The notes beneath the pieces were generated by a model that was not told where the DNA came from, ran no database searches, and worked only from the letters and a program-made list of their open reading frames with translations. A stretch of DNA of 64,000 nucleotides from NCBI GenBank assembly GCA_018262985.1, contig JADFDI010000003.1, positions 35,577 through 99,576 on the forward strand, given 5' to 3'. Numbering within the stretch: position 1 is the first letter of the stretch; each line of letters starts with the position of its first letter. Positions 1-11,548 of this stretch are shown in pieces. Source of the stretch: Spirochaetota bacterium (GTDB lineage Bacteria; Spirochaetota; Spirochaetia; Treponematales; UBA12059). Both the position numbers and the translations under genes were made by a program.

Positions 1-1077
1 ATCCTGCCCGCCTTCCTCATCTACCTGGCCGTCATGGCCTTTCCCATCGTGCTGTCCTTCATCCTGTCCGTCTCGAACTACTCCGGCGGCAAGATGTTCG
101 GGGAGAACGCCGAGAAGTGGAGCCTCGTCGGCTTCGCGCAGTACCTCAGGGTGGTCAAGGATCCCTGGTTCTGGAACGCCCTCAAGAACAACCTGTACAT
201 CGTGGGCATCTCGGTCTTCGGCCAGCTGCCGCTCGGCTTCGTGTTCGCCTACATCATCTACCGCAGGCTCGTGAAGGCGCCCGGCTTCTGGCAGGGCGTG
301 CTCTACGTGCCCAACATCATCTCGATCATCGTGGTCGGCCTCCTGTGGCAATCGATCTTCTCGCCGAACGGGCCCATCGCGCAGGTGGTCAACGACCTCG
401 CGCGCGGCGAGTTCCAGGGCAAGCTCTCAGGCCTCATGGACGGCGTCGGCCACCTCGACCTCTCCGACGGCGCCCTTTCGCGCATCCTGGACCTCGGGGG
501 GCAGGCCGCGCGCGACATGTTCACCGACCCGGTGCCCGAGCTTCGCGACCTGCTTTCGTCCTACGGGGCGGAGGAAGGCGCGATGGTGGCGAACGACCTC
601 ACCAACCTCCTCGTGAACCGCTGGACGCCCGAGTTCCTCAACGTCAAGGAAGTGGCGATGCTGCCCATCCTCTTCGTCATCCTCTGGATGTACACGGGCA
701 TGTACCTGATCCTCTTCCTCGCGAACATGCAGAAGATCGACGCGCAGATCATCGAGAGCGCCCGCATCGACGGCGCCAACGAGATGCAGGTCATGCGGCA
801 CATCATCATTCCCGCCCTGACCGGCACCATCGTCAACTCGGCCATACTCGCCATCTCGGGCTCGCTCTCGAGCTTCGCCCTGATCTTCGCCCTCACGGGC
901 GGCGGTCCCGGGCGCATCACCGAGATCCTGTCCATATACATGTACCGGAGCGCCATGTCCGGCAGCCGCGACTACCCGCTCGCGAACGCCATCGCGCTCA
1001 TCATGGTCGTCATCAGCATCCTGCTCATCGTCCTCACCAAGGCGATCGAGAAGCGTTGGGGAGGGAAGGAAGAATGA
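1..1077 (+). CDS. Carbohydrate ABC transporter permease (MalF-type); 5' end lies outside the window
   Basis: The frame is open from base 1 (track ORF 34..1077). It is a multi-TM protein with the permease EAA-type loop ESARIDGANEMQVMRHIIIPAL. Its stop overlaps the next start (ATGA at 1074-1077). Confidence 0.85.
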   Translation: MLPAFLIYLAVMAFPIVLSFILSVSNYSGGKMFGENAEKWSLVGFAQYLRVVKDPWFWNALKNNLYIVGISVFGQLPLGFVFAYIIYRRLVKAPGFWQGVLYVPNIISIIVVGLLWQSIFSPNGPIAQVVNDLARGEFQGKLSGLMDGVGHLDLSDGALSRILDLGGQAARDMFTDPVPELRDLLSSYGAEEGAMVANDLTNLLVNRWTPEFLNVKEVAMLPILFVILWMYTGMYLILFLANMQKIDAQIIESARIDGANEMQVMRHIIIPALTGTIVNSAILAISGSLSSFALIFALTGGGPGRITEILSIYMYRSAMSGSRDYPLANAIALIMVVISILLIVLTKAIEKRWGGKEE

Positions 1078-1940
1078 GAACCGAAGCGAACGCCCGCGTC
1101 CGCGCGCGCGGCCTCCTCGGCTCGGCGCTCGCGAAGGCCGCGGCCTACCTGGTCATGGGCACCTTCACGCTGATGACCGTCTACCCGCTCTTCTGGCTGA
1201 CCATGAACTCGTTCAAGACCACTCGCGAGTTCCAGGTCAACATGCTCGGCCTGCCCATGGACCCCACCCTCGAGAATTTCCGGATGGCCTGGGAGTTCGG
1301 CGAGTTCGGCAAGCTCTTCCCGAATTCCTTCATCTACACCATCGGCACCACGGCGCTCGTGATCGCCCTCTCGGTGCTGGCGGGCTTCGCCTTCGCGAAG
1401 ATCCCGCGCCGCGTGACCAAGTGGATCTACGGCAGCTTCGTCGTCGGCATCCTCCTGACCATCAACACCCTGATGATACCGCTCTTCATCGAGGTGACGA
1501 TGCTCGGCATCTACAACACCCGGCTCGCGGTGCTCCTGGTCTACGTCGGCGCCGGCCTGCCCATCGGCATCTACCTGTCGACCGAGTACATCCGCGGCAT
1601 ACCGACGGCGCTCGTCGAGAGCGCGCGCATCGACGGGGCGGGCTACTTCACGATCTTCCGCCGCATCATCCTGCCCATGGCCGCCCCGGTGGCCACCACC
1701 CTGGCCATCCTGCAGATCTGCTCGACCTGGAACGAGTTCGCGCTGATCAACATCCTCGTGTCCAGGACCGAGCTCAAGAGCCTGCCCCTCGGCATCTTCA
1801 AGTTCTCGAGCTCGCTCTCGACCGACTACGGCAAGCAGTTCGCCGCGCTCGTCATCGGCATGGCGCCGATGCTGCTCTTCTACGTGGCGTTCCGCAAGCA
1901 GATCACCCGCGGCGTCGCCGCCGGCGCCGTCAAGGGCTGA
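1074..1940 (+). CDS. Carbohydrate ABC transporter permease (MalG-type)
   Basis: This is the C-terminal 288 codons of track ORF 117..1940, starting at MRTEANARV (ATG 1074). The EAA loop is ESARIDGAGYFTIFRRIILPMA. The ATGA overlap indicates translational coupling to the upstream permease. The upstream part of the track ORF is an alternative-frame artefact. Confidence 0.85.
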   Translation: MRTEANARVRARGLLGSALAKAAAYLVMGTFTLMTVYPLFWLTMNSFKTTREFQVNMLGLPMDPTLENFRMAWEFGEFGKLFPNSFIYTIGTTALVIALSVLAGFAFAKIPRRVTKWIYGSFVVGILLTINTLMIPLFIEVTMLGIYNTRLAVLLVYVGAGLPIGIYLSTEYIRGIPTALVESARIDGAGYFTIFRRIILPMAAPVATTLAILQICSTWNEFALINILVSRTELKSLPLGIFKFSSSLSTDYGKQFAALVIGMAPMLLFYVAFRKQITRGVAAGAVKG

Positions 1941-1943
1941 CGC

Positions 1944-2750
1944 TCAGGCGAAGAGGATCAGGCTGGCGGCCATCACGGCCATGCCGGCCACGACGCCGTA
2001 GATGGCCAGGTGGTGCTCGCCGTACTTCTCGGCCGAAGGCAGGAGCTCGTCCAGGCTGATGTACACCATGATGCCGGCCACGACGGAGAACACCACGCCG
2101 TAGACCGCGCCGTTCATGAAGGGCATGAGCACCAGCCAGCCGAGCAGGGCGCCGACGGGCTCCGAGAGGCCCGACAGGAAGGAAAGGCCGAAGGCCTTCT
2201 TGCGCGAGCCGGTGGCGTAATAGATCGGCACCGACACCGCGATGCCCTCGGGGATGTTGTGGATGGCGATGGCCGCCGCGATCGACACGCCGAGGGCCGG
2301 GTCGGCCAGGGCGCCGACGAAGGTCGCGAGCCCTTCCGGGAAGTTGTGGATGCCGATGGCCAGGGCGGACATGATGCCCATGCGGTAGAGGTGGGTCTGC
2401 CGCTCGCGGGCCTTCGCGTCGCCGAGGTCCTCGACGCCGCGCGCCTCGTGGGGATTCTCGAAGCCGGGCACGAACTTGTCGATGAGCGCGATCAGGGCCA
2501 TGCCGCCGAAGAAGGCGGCCACGGCCGCCGCGTACCCGGCCTTCGCGCCGACCGCCTCGCCGAGCGCGATCCGCCCTTTCTGGAGTATCTCCACGAGCGA
2601 AACGTAGATCATGACGCCGGCGGAAAAGCCGAGGGCGACCGAGAGGAAGCGGGTGTTGGTTTTCTTCGCGAAGAAGGCGAGCGCGGAGCCGACGCCGGTG
2701 GAGAGGCCCGCGAACAGGGTCAGGAGGAAGGCGAACAGGACGGAGTTCAT
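1944..2750 (-). CDS. zupT: ZIP-family zinc transporter ZupT
   Basis: [22 protein letters not shown]... with HNFPEGLA and HNIPEGIAV motifs typical of ZupT. I place the start at the internal ATG 2750, which is preceded by TTGCCG-18-TATCTT-6-ATG, rather than at track start 2900. Confidence 0.88.
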   Translation of the reverse strand: MNSVLFAFLLTLFAGLSTGVGSALAFFAKKTNTRFLSVALGFSAGVMIYVSLVEILQKGRIALGEAVGAKAGYAAAVAAFFGGMALIALIDKFVPGFENPHEARGVEDLGDAKARERQTHLYRMGIMSALAIGIHNFPEGLATFVGALADPALGVSIAAAIAIHNIPEGIAVSVPIYYATGSRKKAFGLSFLSGLSEPVGALLGWLVLMPFMNGAVYGVVFSVVAGIMVYISLDELLPSAEKYGEHHLAIYGVVAGMAVMAASLILFA

Positions 2751-2756
2751 GGATCG

Positions 2757-2786
2757 AAGATAGCCCGCCGCCCGAAGCCCCGGCAA
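2757..2786 (-). promoter_or_regulatory. Sigma70-type promoter of zupT, leaderless arrangement
   Basis: On the minus strand: TTGCCG (2786-2781), 18 nt, TATCTT (2762-2757), 6 nt, ATG (2750). Confidence 0.5.
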
Positions 2787-2941
2787 GCGTCGTGCCGACG
2801 GGAAGGAATGAACCGCGGACGAGGTCGCCTGCGCGAAGCGCGGGCCTTGAATCCTTCCCCTCCGAAAGCGACGCGGAGCGGCGCAGGCACAGAGACGCAA
2901 AGGGAACAGGGAAGAGGGAAGAAAGGGAAAAAGGAGGAGGA

Positions 2942-2971
2942 CAAAAAAAGGCTTGGGAACGTTCCCAAGCC
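2942..2971 (-). terminator. Rho-independent terminator downstream of the KaiC-like ATPase gene
   Basis: A perfect 22-nt palindrome GGCTTGGGAACGTTCCCAAGCC (2950-2971) is followed on the minus strand by T7 (2949-2943). Confidence 0.8.
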
Positions 2972-3020
2972 CATTCTTGCCACTGTGTCTCTATGTCTCT
3001 GTAGCAAAAAACCCCGGAAA

Positions 3021-3725
3021 TCAGGTCTCGGCTATCAGCAGGGTCTTGGAGTCGAGCTTGATCTGGAGATCCTCGGGGTTCATCCGGCCGTGGTCCTTGA
3101 CCACGAGGAAATGGATGAACTCGGGCTTGGGGTCGAGCACGATCAGCACGGCGATGGAGTCGAGGAACTCGCGGAGGATTACCGGGACGTTGCGCTTGTC
3201 GACGAAGGGCTCCTCGCCGATCATGGTGCACGAGTACCAGATCTCGAGGTTCATTTCCTTGGCGAAGGCGGCGAGCTGGGCGAGGTGCTCGGGCGAGCTG
3301 CGGGTGAAGTCGAAGCCGTCGATGATGACGCTCTCGGCCGCGAAGCCGCCGTCCACGATCATGGCGCGGAGCGAGCGGAGTATCTGGTCGGTGTTCACGC
3401 CTTCCTGGTTGAAGTTCATGATGACCCGGTTCTTCACGAGGTCGTCGTGGACGTCGCCGGAGTGCTCGAGCGCGCGGCGCTTGGCGAGCTCGGTGAAGAT
3501 GTTCTCGTACCAGGAGATGACGTAGCTGGTGTGCGTGGTGAAGCTGACGTGCACGACCTTCTTGCCCTGCAGCAGCTTGTCGAGGGCGAGCTGGACGAGC
3601 ACGCTCGTCTTGCCGATGCCCTTGCGGCTCGCTATGACGCCGATGTTGCCGGCCTTGAGTCCGCCCTCGATGCCGCGCTCGAGGATGCGGACGGGGCTCT
3701 TCTTGATGAGGTCCTCTTTCAGCAT
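3021..3725 (-). CDS. RecA-superfamily / KaiC-like single-domain ATPase
   Basis: 234 aa. Walker A-like SRKGIGKTS and Walker B-like SVIIDGFD, with a KaiC/Rad55-like layout. SD AAGGAG lies 6 nt before the ATG. It has its own promoter at 3839-3866. Confidence 0.6.
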   Translation of the reverse strand: MLKEDLIKKSPVRILERGIEGGLKAGNIGVIASRKGIGKTSVLVQLALDKLLQGKKVVHVSFTTHTSYVISWYENIFTELAKRRALEHSGDVHDDLVKNRVIMNFNQEGVNTDQILRSLRAMIVDGGFAAESVIIDGFDFTRSSPEHLAQLAAFAKEMNLEIWYSCTMIGEEPFVDKRNVPVILREFLDSIAVLIVLDPKPEFIHFLVVKDHGRMNPEDLQIKLDSKTLLIAET

Positions 3726-3838
3726 GCTGACTCCTTCATCGTGACGTGCGCCTCCCGCGCGGGGCGGGAAGGCTCGCCGTTCGCCGCGACCGAAGGGCCG
3801 GGCGCGGGAAGGCGGTTCCGCAAAGGTCGCCGCCTTCG

Positions 3839-3866
3839 ATTATACCGCTTACGGTTCCGCGGGCAA
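3839..3866 (-). promoter_or_regulatory. Sigma70-type promoter for the KaiC-like ATPase gene
   Basis: On the minus strand: TTGCCC (3866-3861), 16 nt, TATAAT (3844-3839). Confidence 0.55.
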
Positions 3867-3934
3867 GCGCGAATCGGAAGCGTCCGGGAACGCGACGGCC
3901 GCCCGGTAGGCGGCCGTCAGGATCCGATAGTCCG

Positions 3935-6025
<2,091 letters not shown>

Positions 6026-6260
6026 TCGTCTCTACCTCTTCGTTCGGTTTGCGTGGCGATCCCGCACCCACCCCGGCTTTCGGTCGGGACCCGGTGCGAA
6101 TGGTTCGGTCTGGCTGGGGACTTCGGTAGTGCGCCGTCCGTCGCTCGAACCGGGTTCCGACGATGCCGCCGGGCGGCGGCATGTACGGAATCGGATCAAG
6201 GCGGCCGGCCCGAGGACATCGGGGAACAGCTCGCTGATCGTGGGAACCCCTGCTCGGCCG

Positions 6261-6290
6261 ATTATAGGGAAAATCGAGGGATTTGTTCAA
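6261..6290 (-). promoter_or_regulatory. Sigma70-type promoter of the EF-G paralog, implying a leader of about 230 nt
   Basis: On the minus strand: TTGAAC (6290-6285), 18 nt, TATAAT (6266-6261). The start codon is at 6025. Confidence 0.6.
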
Positions 6291-6324
6291 GCCGCCCGCC
6301 GGGGGGCGCGGGCCGGGGGCGGCT

Positions 6325-6795
6325 CTAGGCTCGCAAGGCCTGGACGTCCCTGGCGACGAGGATGGAGAGCCGCTCGAGGAAGGCCACGTCGTCGATGCCG
6401 AACGCGGCCTTCGAGTGGCTGTCGATGTCGATCTCGCCCGCCACGGTGTCGTCGGGGGCCGGCACCGGCACCACGATCTCGCTCTTCACCTTGAGCGAGC
6501 AGGCCAGGTAGTTGCCCTCCGCGGACACGTCGTCGACCACGAAGGTCTCGCCGTCGGCGGCGGCCTGTCCGCAGATGCCGGTGCCGAAGGGGATGCGGAC
6601 GTGGTCGGTCGGCTCGCCCGTGAAGGGACCGAGGACCAGGACCTTTTCGGCCTTGGCGGCTATGTAGAAGCCGAACCAGTCGTAGTGGGGAACCTTGCCC
6701 GCGACCAGGTCGCACAGGGCCTGGAGCCGGGTCCGCGGATCGCCGGAACCCGCGAGGAGGCGCGCGCATTCGTCGTAGAGGGCGTCGAAATCCAT
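6325..6795 (-). CDS. msrC: GAF-domain protein, free methionine-(R)-sulfoxide reductase family (YebR/MsrC-like)
   Basis: 156 aa. WFGFY...LVLGPFTGEP...VRIPFGTGICGQAA...YLACS..SEIVVPV...GEIDIDS aligns by eye to the fRMsr GAF family, including the conserved Cys positions. SD AAGGAG is present. Confidence 0.7.
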   Translation of the reverse strand: MDFDALYDECARLLAGSGDPRTRLQALCDLVAGKVPHYDWFGFYIAAKAEKVLVLGPFTGEPTDHVRIPFGTGICGQAAADGETFVVDDVSAEGNYLACSLKVKSEIVVPVPAPDDTVAGEIDIDSHSKAAFGIDDVAFLERLSILVARDVQALRA

Positions 6796-6895
6796 GGCTG
6801 CTCCTTGGAACTCGTCCCGCGCGGGGCGGGGAGGCGTCCTTGAGTATAGGTTCGCCGCCCGCGCCGGCGCAAGCGAGCGGGCGCCGGAAGCCGGG

Positions 6896-9469
6896 CTACC
6901 CCGCCTCGGCGGTCGAGGCCAGCGGCAGCTCGACCACGAAGGCGCTTCCCTTGCCCTGTCCCTCGGACTCCGCGCGGATCCGGCCGCCGTGCTGCTCGAC
7001 GATGCGGCGCGCCAGCGCCAGGCCGAGTCCGGTGCCTTCGCTTTTCGGGTCGAGCTTGTTGAACAGGCCGAAGACGTTCTCGAGGTACTCCGGCTCGATG
7101 CCGATGCCGTTGTCCTCCACCCGGAAGCGCGCCAGGTCGTTCAGGGCGAAGCCGCTCACGGTCAAGCTCAGGTCCGGGCGATCGCCTCCGTACTTGAGCG
7201 CGTTTTCGAGCAGGTTCTGGAAGAGCTCGAGGATGCGCGTCCGGTCGCCGGAAAGCTCGAGCGCGGCCACGTCGAGCTCGACCTTCGCGCCGCGCCGCCG
7301 GATGCCCTCCGCGAGGTTCTCGAGCGCCTCCTCGATGACCTGCCTCGCGGGGAAACGCTTCGGCGGGACGGGTTCCCGACCCGCGCGCGAGAACTCGAGG
7401 ATGTCCGCGAGGAGCTCCTGCATTCGGTCGGCCGCGCCGCCGACGCGCGCGAGGTCCTTGGCGAAGCGCTCGGTGTTGCCCGCGGCGAAGTCCTTTTCCA
7501 GGAAGCTGAGGAAACCCTTGATGGTGATGAGCGGGCTCTTGAGGTCGTGGGAGATGGTGTAGGCGAAGCGCTCGAGCTCCTCGTTCTTGCGCGCCAGCTC
7601 GGCGGAGTTCCGGTTGATCTCGTCGAGCATGCGGTGGCGGGCGCTGACGTCGGTGAACGAGCCGATCACCCGGCGCGGCTTGCCGGCCGCGTCCGCGTCC
7701 ACGACGCGGCCGCGCTCCTCGATCCAGAGCTCGCGGCGGTCGCGGGTCAGTATCCGGTATTCGTGGACGTAGCGACGGCCGTCGGGGGCCTTGCGCCGCG
7801 CGTAGCCGATGGCCCTGGCGGCGTCGTCGGGATGCACGATGGCCGCCCAGGAATCGTAGCTGGGCGGCAGCTCCGACTCGGAGTAGCCCGTGATCTCGTA
7901 CCAGCGCGGCGAGAAGGCGAAGGCGCCGGAGGGCACGTGCCAGTCCCAGATGACGTCCTCGGTGGCGTCGACGGCCAGCCGGTAGCGCTCCTCGGCGGCC
8001 GCGAGGCGGCGCTCGCCTTCCCTGCGCTCGCTGATGTCCTCGAACATGGTGACGAAGCCGTCGTCGCCCGTGCCGTAGCTCGAGACCAGCAGGGTCTGCT
8101 TGCCGAATTCGAGCTCGAAGCCCTCGTGCGAGAGCGTCGTCGCGACGCGCGCGTAGCGGTCGAGCAGCACGGCGCCGCCGTAGACCTCGCTCGCGAGGCG
8201 ACCTTCGGCGCTGTCGCGGTGCAGTCCCAGGATGGGACCGAAGGCGGGGTTCACCTGGAGGATGCGGTAATTGACGGGCTTGCCCTCGGCGTCGCGGACC
8301 AGGCGGTGCATGGCGGCTCCGATGGGCAGGTTGTCGAACATGGCGCGGAAGTCCGCGGCCGCCTCGACGGCCTCGGCGCGGGAGCGGAAGGCGCGGATCC
8401 AGAGCGCGTAGAGCAGGACGAGCCCGGATTCCCCGAGGACGATGCTCAGGAGCGCGTAGGCGACCGCGACGGGTTCGCGGGCCGCGAACGAGGTCGGCGC
8501 GCCCGTGAAAGCGTAGCCCTCGGGGGCCTTTCCCTGGAACCCCGCGGCGCGGTACGCCGACCAGTCGATGGCGCGCCGTGGCGGGGTGCCGTCGCTCATC
8601 AGCGGCATCGGGGTGCCCGATCCGAGGCGTTCGAGGACCATGAGCGCGGCGGCGGCGCCGTGGTCGTGGCCGCGGACCATCGCGCCGCCGATGACGGGAG
8701 GCCTGAAGAACGAGTCGTGGGAGGTGAAGACCGGGAGCCCCGAGAGCTCCGCCAGCTTGTCCGCGACGATCTCGGCGGGCCAGGTCATGCCCTCGCCGTC
8801 GGTGACGTAGGCGAAGAGCAACGCCGCGGTCTCCCCCGGCGCGCCTTGATCCCGACCCGCGGCGGCCGCGGCCTCGTCGAGGCCCGCGTCCGCGGGCGCG
8901 ACCAGCTCGATGTCGGGGAACGCCGCCCCGATCGCGCGGCGCGCGTCGGCTATGGTTCCCTGCACGCCGGAGGTCCGGTCGGCGAAGAGCACGAGGCGGC
9001 GGAGCCGCGGATAGAGCGTCCGCGCGAGCGCGACCGTTCCGGCGTAATCGACGGTCTCGACCACGCCGCCGGAATCGGGCAGCTTCGAAGCGAGCGAGGG
9101 ATTCCAGTCGTTGATGCCGCAGAAGGCGACCGGCGCGCCGGGGAAGAGCCGGTCGCCGCGCTCGTTCAGGAACTTGAGCGCCACGTTGTCGGTGGCGATG
9201 ATCGCGTCGAAGTCGCCCGGTCCGAACTTGCCGGCGAACAACGCCTCGACGAGGTCGAGGTGGGCCTCGTCCGCGCTGCGCTTGGCGTCGATGAACTCGC
9301 GGACCAGCACCGCGCCGTCGCCGAAGGTCGCGGCGATGCCCTCGTCGATCGAGCGGGTCCACGAGAATTCGAGCGAGTACGAATGCAGCACGAGGATGGT
9401 CGGCCGCTCGGCGGGCAGGGACCGATCCGCCGCTTCAGCGTCGCGCGGCGGCGCTCCGGGCGAGAACAT
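6896..9469 (-). CDS. Sensor histidine kinase: ABC-substrate-binding-like extracytoplasmic domain, TM, two PAS, HisKA, HATPase_c
   Basis: 857 aa. H-box FAYTISHDLKSPL and the HATPase N/G boxes (LLENALKYG, DNGIGI, GTGLGLA). PAS-like segments lie between the TM (VAYALLSIVLGESGLVLLYALWI) and the kinase core. The N-terminus is anomalous; see the findings. Confidence 0.85.
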   Translation of the reverse strand: MFSPGAPPRDAEAADRSLPAERPTILVLHSYSLEFSWTRSIDEGIAATFGDGAVLVREFIDAKRSADEAHLDLVEALFAGKFGPGDFDAIIATDNVALKFLNERGDRLFPGAPVAFCGINDWNPSLASKLPDSGGVVETVDYAGTVALARTLYPRLRRLVLFADRTSGVQGTIADARRAIGAAFPDIELVAPADAGLDEAAAAAGRDQGAPGETAALLFAYVTDGEGMTWPAEIVADKLAELSGLPVFTSHDSFFRPPVIGGAMVRGHDHGAAAALMVLERLGSGTPMPLMSDGTPPRRAIDWSAYRAAGFQGKAPEGYAFTGAPTSFAAREPVAVAYALLSIVLGESGLVLLYALWIRAFRSRAEAVEAAADFRAMFDNLPIGAAMHRLVRDAEGKPVNYRILQVNPAFGPILGLHRDSAEGRLASEVYGGAVLLDRYARVATTLSHEGFELEFGKQTLLVSSYGTGDDGFVTMFEDISERREGERRLAAAEERYRLAVDATEDVIWDWHVPSGAFAFSPRWYEITGYSESELPPSYDSWAAIVHPDDAARAIGYARRKAPDGRRYVHEYRILTRDRRELWIEERGRVVDADAAGKPRRVIGSFTDVSARHRMLDEINRNSAELARKNEELERFAYTISHDLKSPLITIKGFLSFLEKDFAAGNTERFAKDLARVGGAADRMQELLADILEFSRAGREPVPPKRFPARQVIEEALENLAEGIRRRGAKVELDVAALELSGDRTRILELFQNLLENALKYGGDRPDLSLTVSGFALNDLARFRVEDNGIGIEPEYLENVFGLFNKLDPKSEGTGLGLALARRIVEQHGGRIRAESEGQGKGSAFVVELPLASTAEAG

Positions 9470-9563
9470 GCCCGCGACGGCGACCAGTCCCCCGATCAGC
9501 GCGGCCGCGAGGAGCGGCGGGCCCGCCTGGTGCCGGTGCGAGGCTTGCCGCGAACGCGTCGGT

Positions 9564-9980
9564 CTAGACGTACTCGATCTCCCAGTCGACGGGCACGGCC
9601 ATGCGGAGCAGCGCGGAGACGCCGCAGTACTTCTCCTGCGAGAGCCGCACCGCCTTCTCCACGTTCTCGGCCTTGAGGCCGTCGGCCGCCTTGAAACGGT
9701 AGACCAGTTTTATGCGCGCGTAGTACTTGGGATGCTCCTCGGTGAGCTCTCCCGACACCTTGATGTCGTACCAGCTGACCGGCTCCCGCATCTTGCGGAG
9801 TATGGATATGACGTCCATGCCGGAGCAGCCGGCCAGCGAGACGAGGAGCAGGCTCTTCGGGCGGGGACCCGAGTCCTTGCCGCCGAACTGCTCCTCCGCG
9901 TCGAGCGTGAGCCGGTGCCCGTTCACCACGGCCTCGAAGGCCATGTCGCCCTTCCATTCGCAGGTGATCTCGTGGGTCAT
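9564..9980 (-). CDS. OsmC family peroxiredoxin-like protein
   Basis: 138 aa, MTHEITCEWKGDMAFEA...LAGCSGMD...QEKYCGVSA, with the two conserved Cys of OsmC/Ohr. This is the C-terminal part of track ORF 9564..11354. SD GGGAGG lies before ATG 9980. Confidence 0.85.
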   Translation of the reverse strand: MTHEITCEWKGDMAFEAVVNGHRLTLDAEEQFGGKDSGPRPKSLLLVSLAGCSGMDVISILRKMREPVSWYDIKVSGELTEEHPKYYARIKLVYRFKAADGLKAENVEKAVRLSQEKYCGVSALLRMAVPVDWEIEYV

Positions 9981-9996
9981 CGTCGCCTCCCGGTCC

Positions 9997-10026
9997 ACTA
10001 TATAGGGAGTATCGGCGGATCGGCAA
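9997..10026 (-). promoter_or_regulatory. Sigma70-type promoter for the OsmC gene
   Basis: On the minus strand: TTGCCG (10026-10021), 16-18 nt, TATATA/TATAGT (10004-9997). Confidence 0.45.
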
Positions 10027-10039
10027 CGCGGACTTATGT

Positions 10040-11434
10040 CTACAAGGCCCGCTCGAGCTCCACGGTGAAGTGCCGGAGGATGGGCGCCTCGCGCGCGATG
10101 CGCAGGCCGCGGCGGATGGAGTCGCGGCGCGCGAACACGTTGGCGAAGGCTGCGGCGACGTAGTCCATATGGTCGTTCGAGTAGACGCGCCGCGGAATGG
10201 CCAGGCGGAGCAGCTCGAGCGCCGGGTAGCGGTCCTGCCGCGTCTCGGGGTCGCGGTCCGCGAGCAGGGTGCCGATCTCGACGCAACGGATCCCGCCTTC
10301 GACATAGGCTTCGACGCCGAGGGTCTGCGCCACGTACTCCGCGCGCGGCACGGCGGGCAGGAACTTGAGCGCGTCCACGAAGACGGCGTGTCCGCCGAAG
10401 GGTTTCTGGCAGACGATGCCGCGGCTCTCGAGCCGTTCGCCCAGGTAGGCCACCTGCCCCACGCGGGCCTCGAGGTAGTCCTCCTCGCACGCCTCGCGCA
10501 AGCCCACCGAGAGCGCCCCCATGTCGCGGCCGGCCATGCCGCCGTAGGTGTTGAAGCCCTCGAACATGATGTTGAAGGTGCTGGCCTTCTCCCAGAGCTC
10601 CCTGCTCCGGAAGGCGATGAAGCCGCCGATGTTGACGATGCCGTCCTTCTTGCTGGACATGGTGGCGCCGTCGGCGTACGAAAACATCTCGCGCACGATC
10701 TCGCGGACGCTCTTGTCGGCGTAGCCCTGTTCGCGGCGCTTGATGAACCAGGCGTTCTCGGCGAAGCGCGCCGCGTCGAGGAAGAGGGGGACGCCGAATT
10801 TCCGGCACAGCTCCGAGGCGCCGCGCAGGTTGGCCATGGAGACTGGCTGGCCGCCGGAGCTGTTGCAGGTGACGGTGACGATGCAGAGGGGCACGCGCTC
10901 CCGGGGATTCGCCTTGAGGAACTCCTCGAGACGGCCAAGGTCGACGTCGCCCTTGAAGGGGTGGAGGCTCTGCGTGTCGAAGGCCTCCGCGACGGTCAGG
11001 TCGACCGCGTGCGCCTTGCGGAACTCGATGTGGCCCTTGGTGGTGTCGAAGTGCGAGTTGCCCGGGACCAGCTTGCCCGCGCCTTCGGAGCCGACGCCGA
11101 TCAGGGTGGACATGAGCACGTTCTCGGCGGCGCGGCCCTGGTGGGTCGGCAGGAAGTACGGCATGCCGAGCAGGTCCTCGATGGTCGCCTTCAGCTTGTG
11201 GTAGGAGGAGGCGCCGGCGTAGCTCTCGTCGCCGAGCATCATCTCGGCCCACTGGGCGGCGCTCATGGCCCCGGTGCCGGAATCGGTCAGGAGGTCGACG
11301 TAGACCTGGTCGGAACGCAGGTTGAACAGATTGTAGCGCGCGTCGGCGATCCATCGTTCGCGTTCCGTCCGCGTGGAGCGGCGGATGGGCTCTATCGTCT
11401 TGGCGCGCCAGGGTTCGGCCCAGGGCAGGTCCAT
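10040..11434 (-). CDS. tnaA: Beta-eliminating lyase: tryptophanase / tyrosine phenol-lyase family
   Basis: 464 aa from MDLPWAEPWRAKTIEPI.... Family hallmarks are DSGTGAMS, PTHQGRAAE, and SSKKDGIVNIGGF (PLP lysine region). SD GAGGAGG lies before ATG 11434. I cannot distinguish TnaA from TPL by eye. Confidence 0.85.
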   Translation of the reverse strand: MDLPWAEPWRAKTIEPIRRSTRTERERWIADARYNLFNLRSDQVYVDLLTDSGTGAMSAAQWAEMMLGDESYAGASSYHKLKATIEDLLGMPYFLPTHQGRAAENVLMSTLIGVGSEGAGKLVPGNSHFDTTKGHIEFRKAHAVDLTVAEAFDTQSLHPFKGDVDLGRLEEFLKANPRERVPLCIVTVTCNSSGGQPVSMANLRGASELCRKFGVPLFLDAARFAENAWFIKRREQGYADKSVREIVREMFSYADGATMSSKKDGIVNIGGFIAFRSRELWEKASTFNIMFEGFNTYGGMAGRDMGALSVGLREACEEDYLEARVGQVAYLGERLESRGIVCQKPFGGHAVFVDALKFLPAVPRAEYVAQTLGVEAYVEGGIRCVEIGTLLADRDPETRQDRYPALELLRLAIPRRVYSNDHMDYVAAAFANVFARRDSIRRGLRIAREAPILRHFTVELERAL

Positions 11435-11519
11435 GGAATCCTCCTCGGGCGGGGCGCGTCGACCGGTACGCGATGCGCCGACCGGGCGGGAGCCCGGCGC
11501 GAGCCGTCCATGGGCCTTG

Positions 11520-11548
11520 ATTCTATGTCCGCTTCCGGGGGCCGTCAA
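11520..11548 (-). promoter_or_regulatory. Sigma70-type promoter of the tryptophanase-family gene
   Basis: On the minus strand: TTGACG (11548-11543), 17 nt, TAGAAT (11525-11520). Confidence 0.65.

Noticed and set aside
117-1073. Upstream 319 codons of track ORF 117..1940.
   Set aside because: This is an alternative frame of the first permease gene with an Arg/Pro-rich nonsense translation. The real second permease starts at ATG 1074, coupled to the upstream stop.
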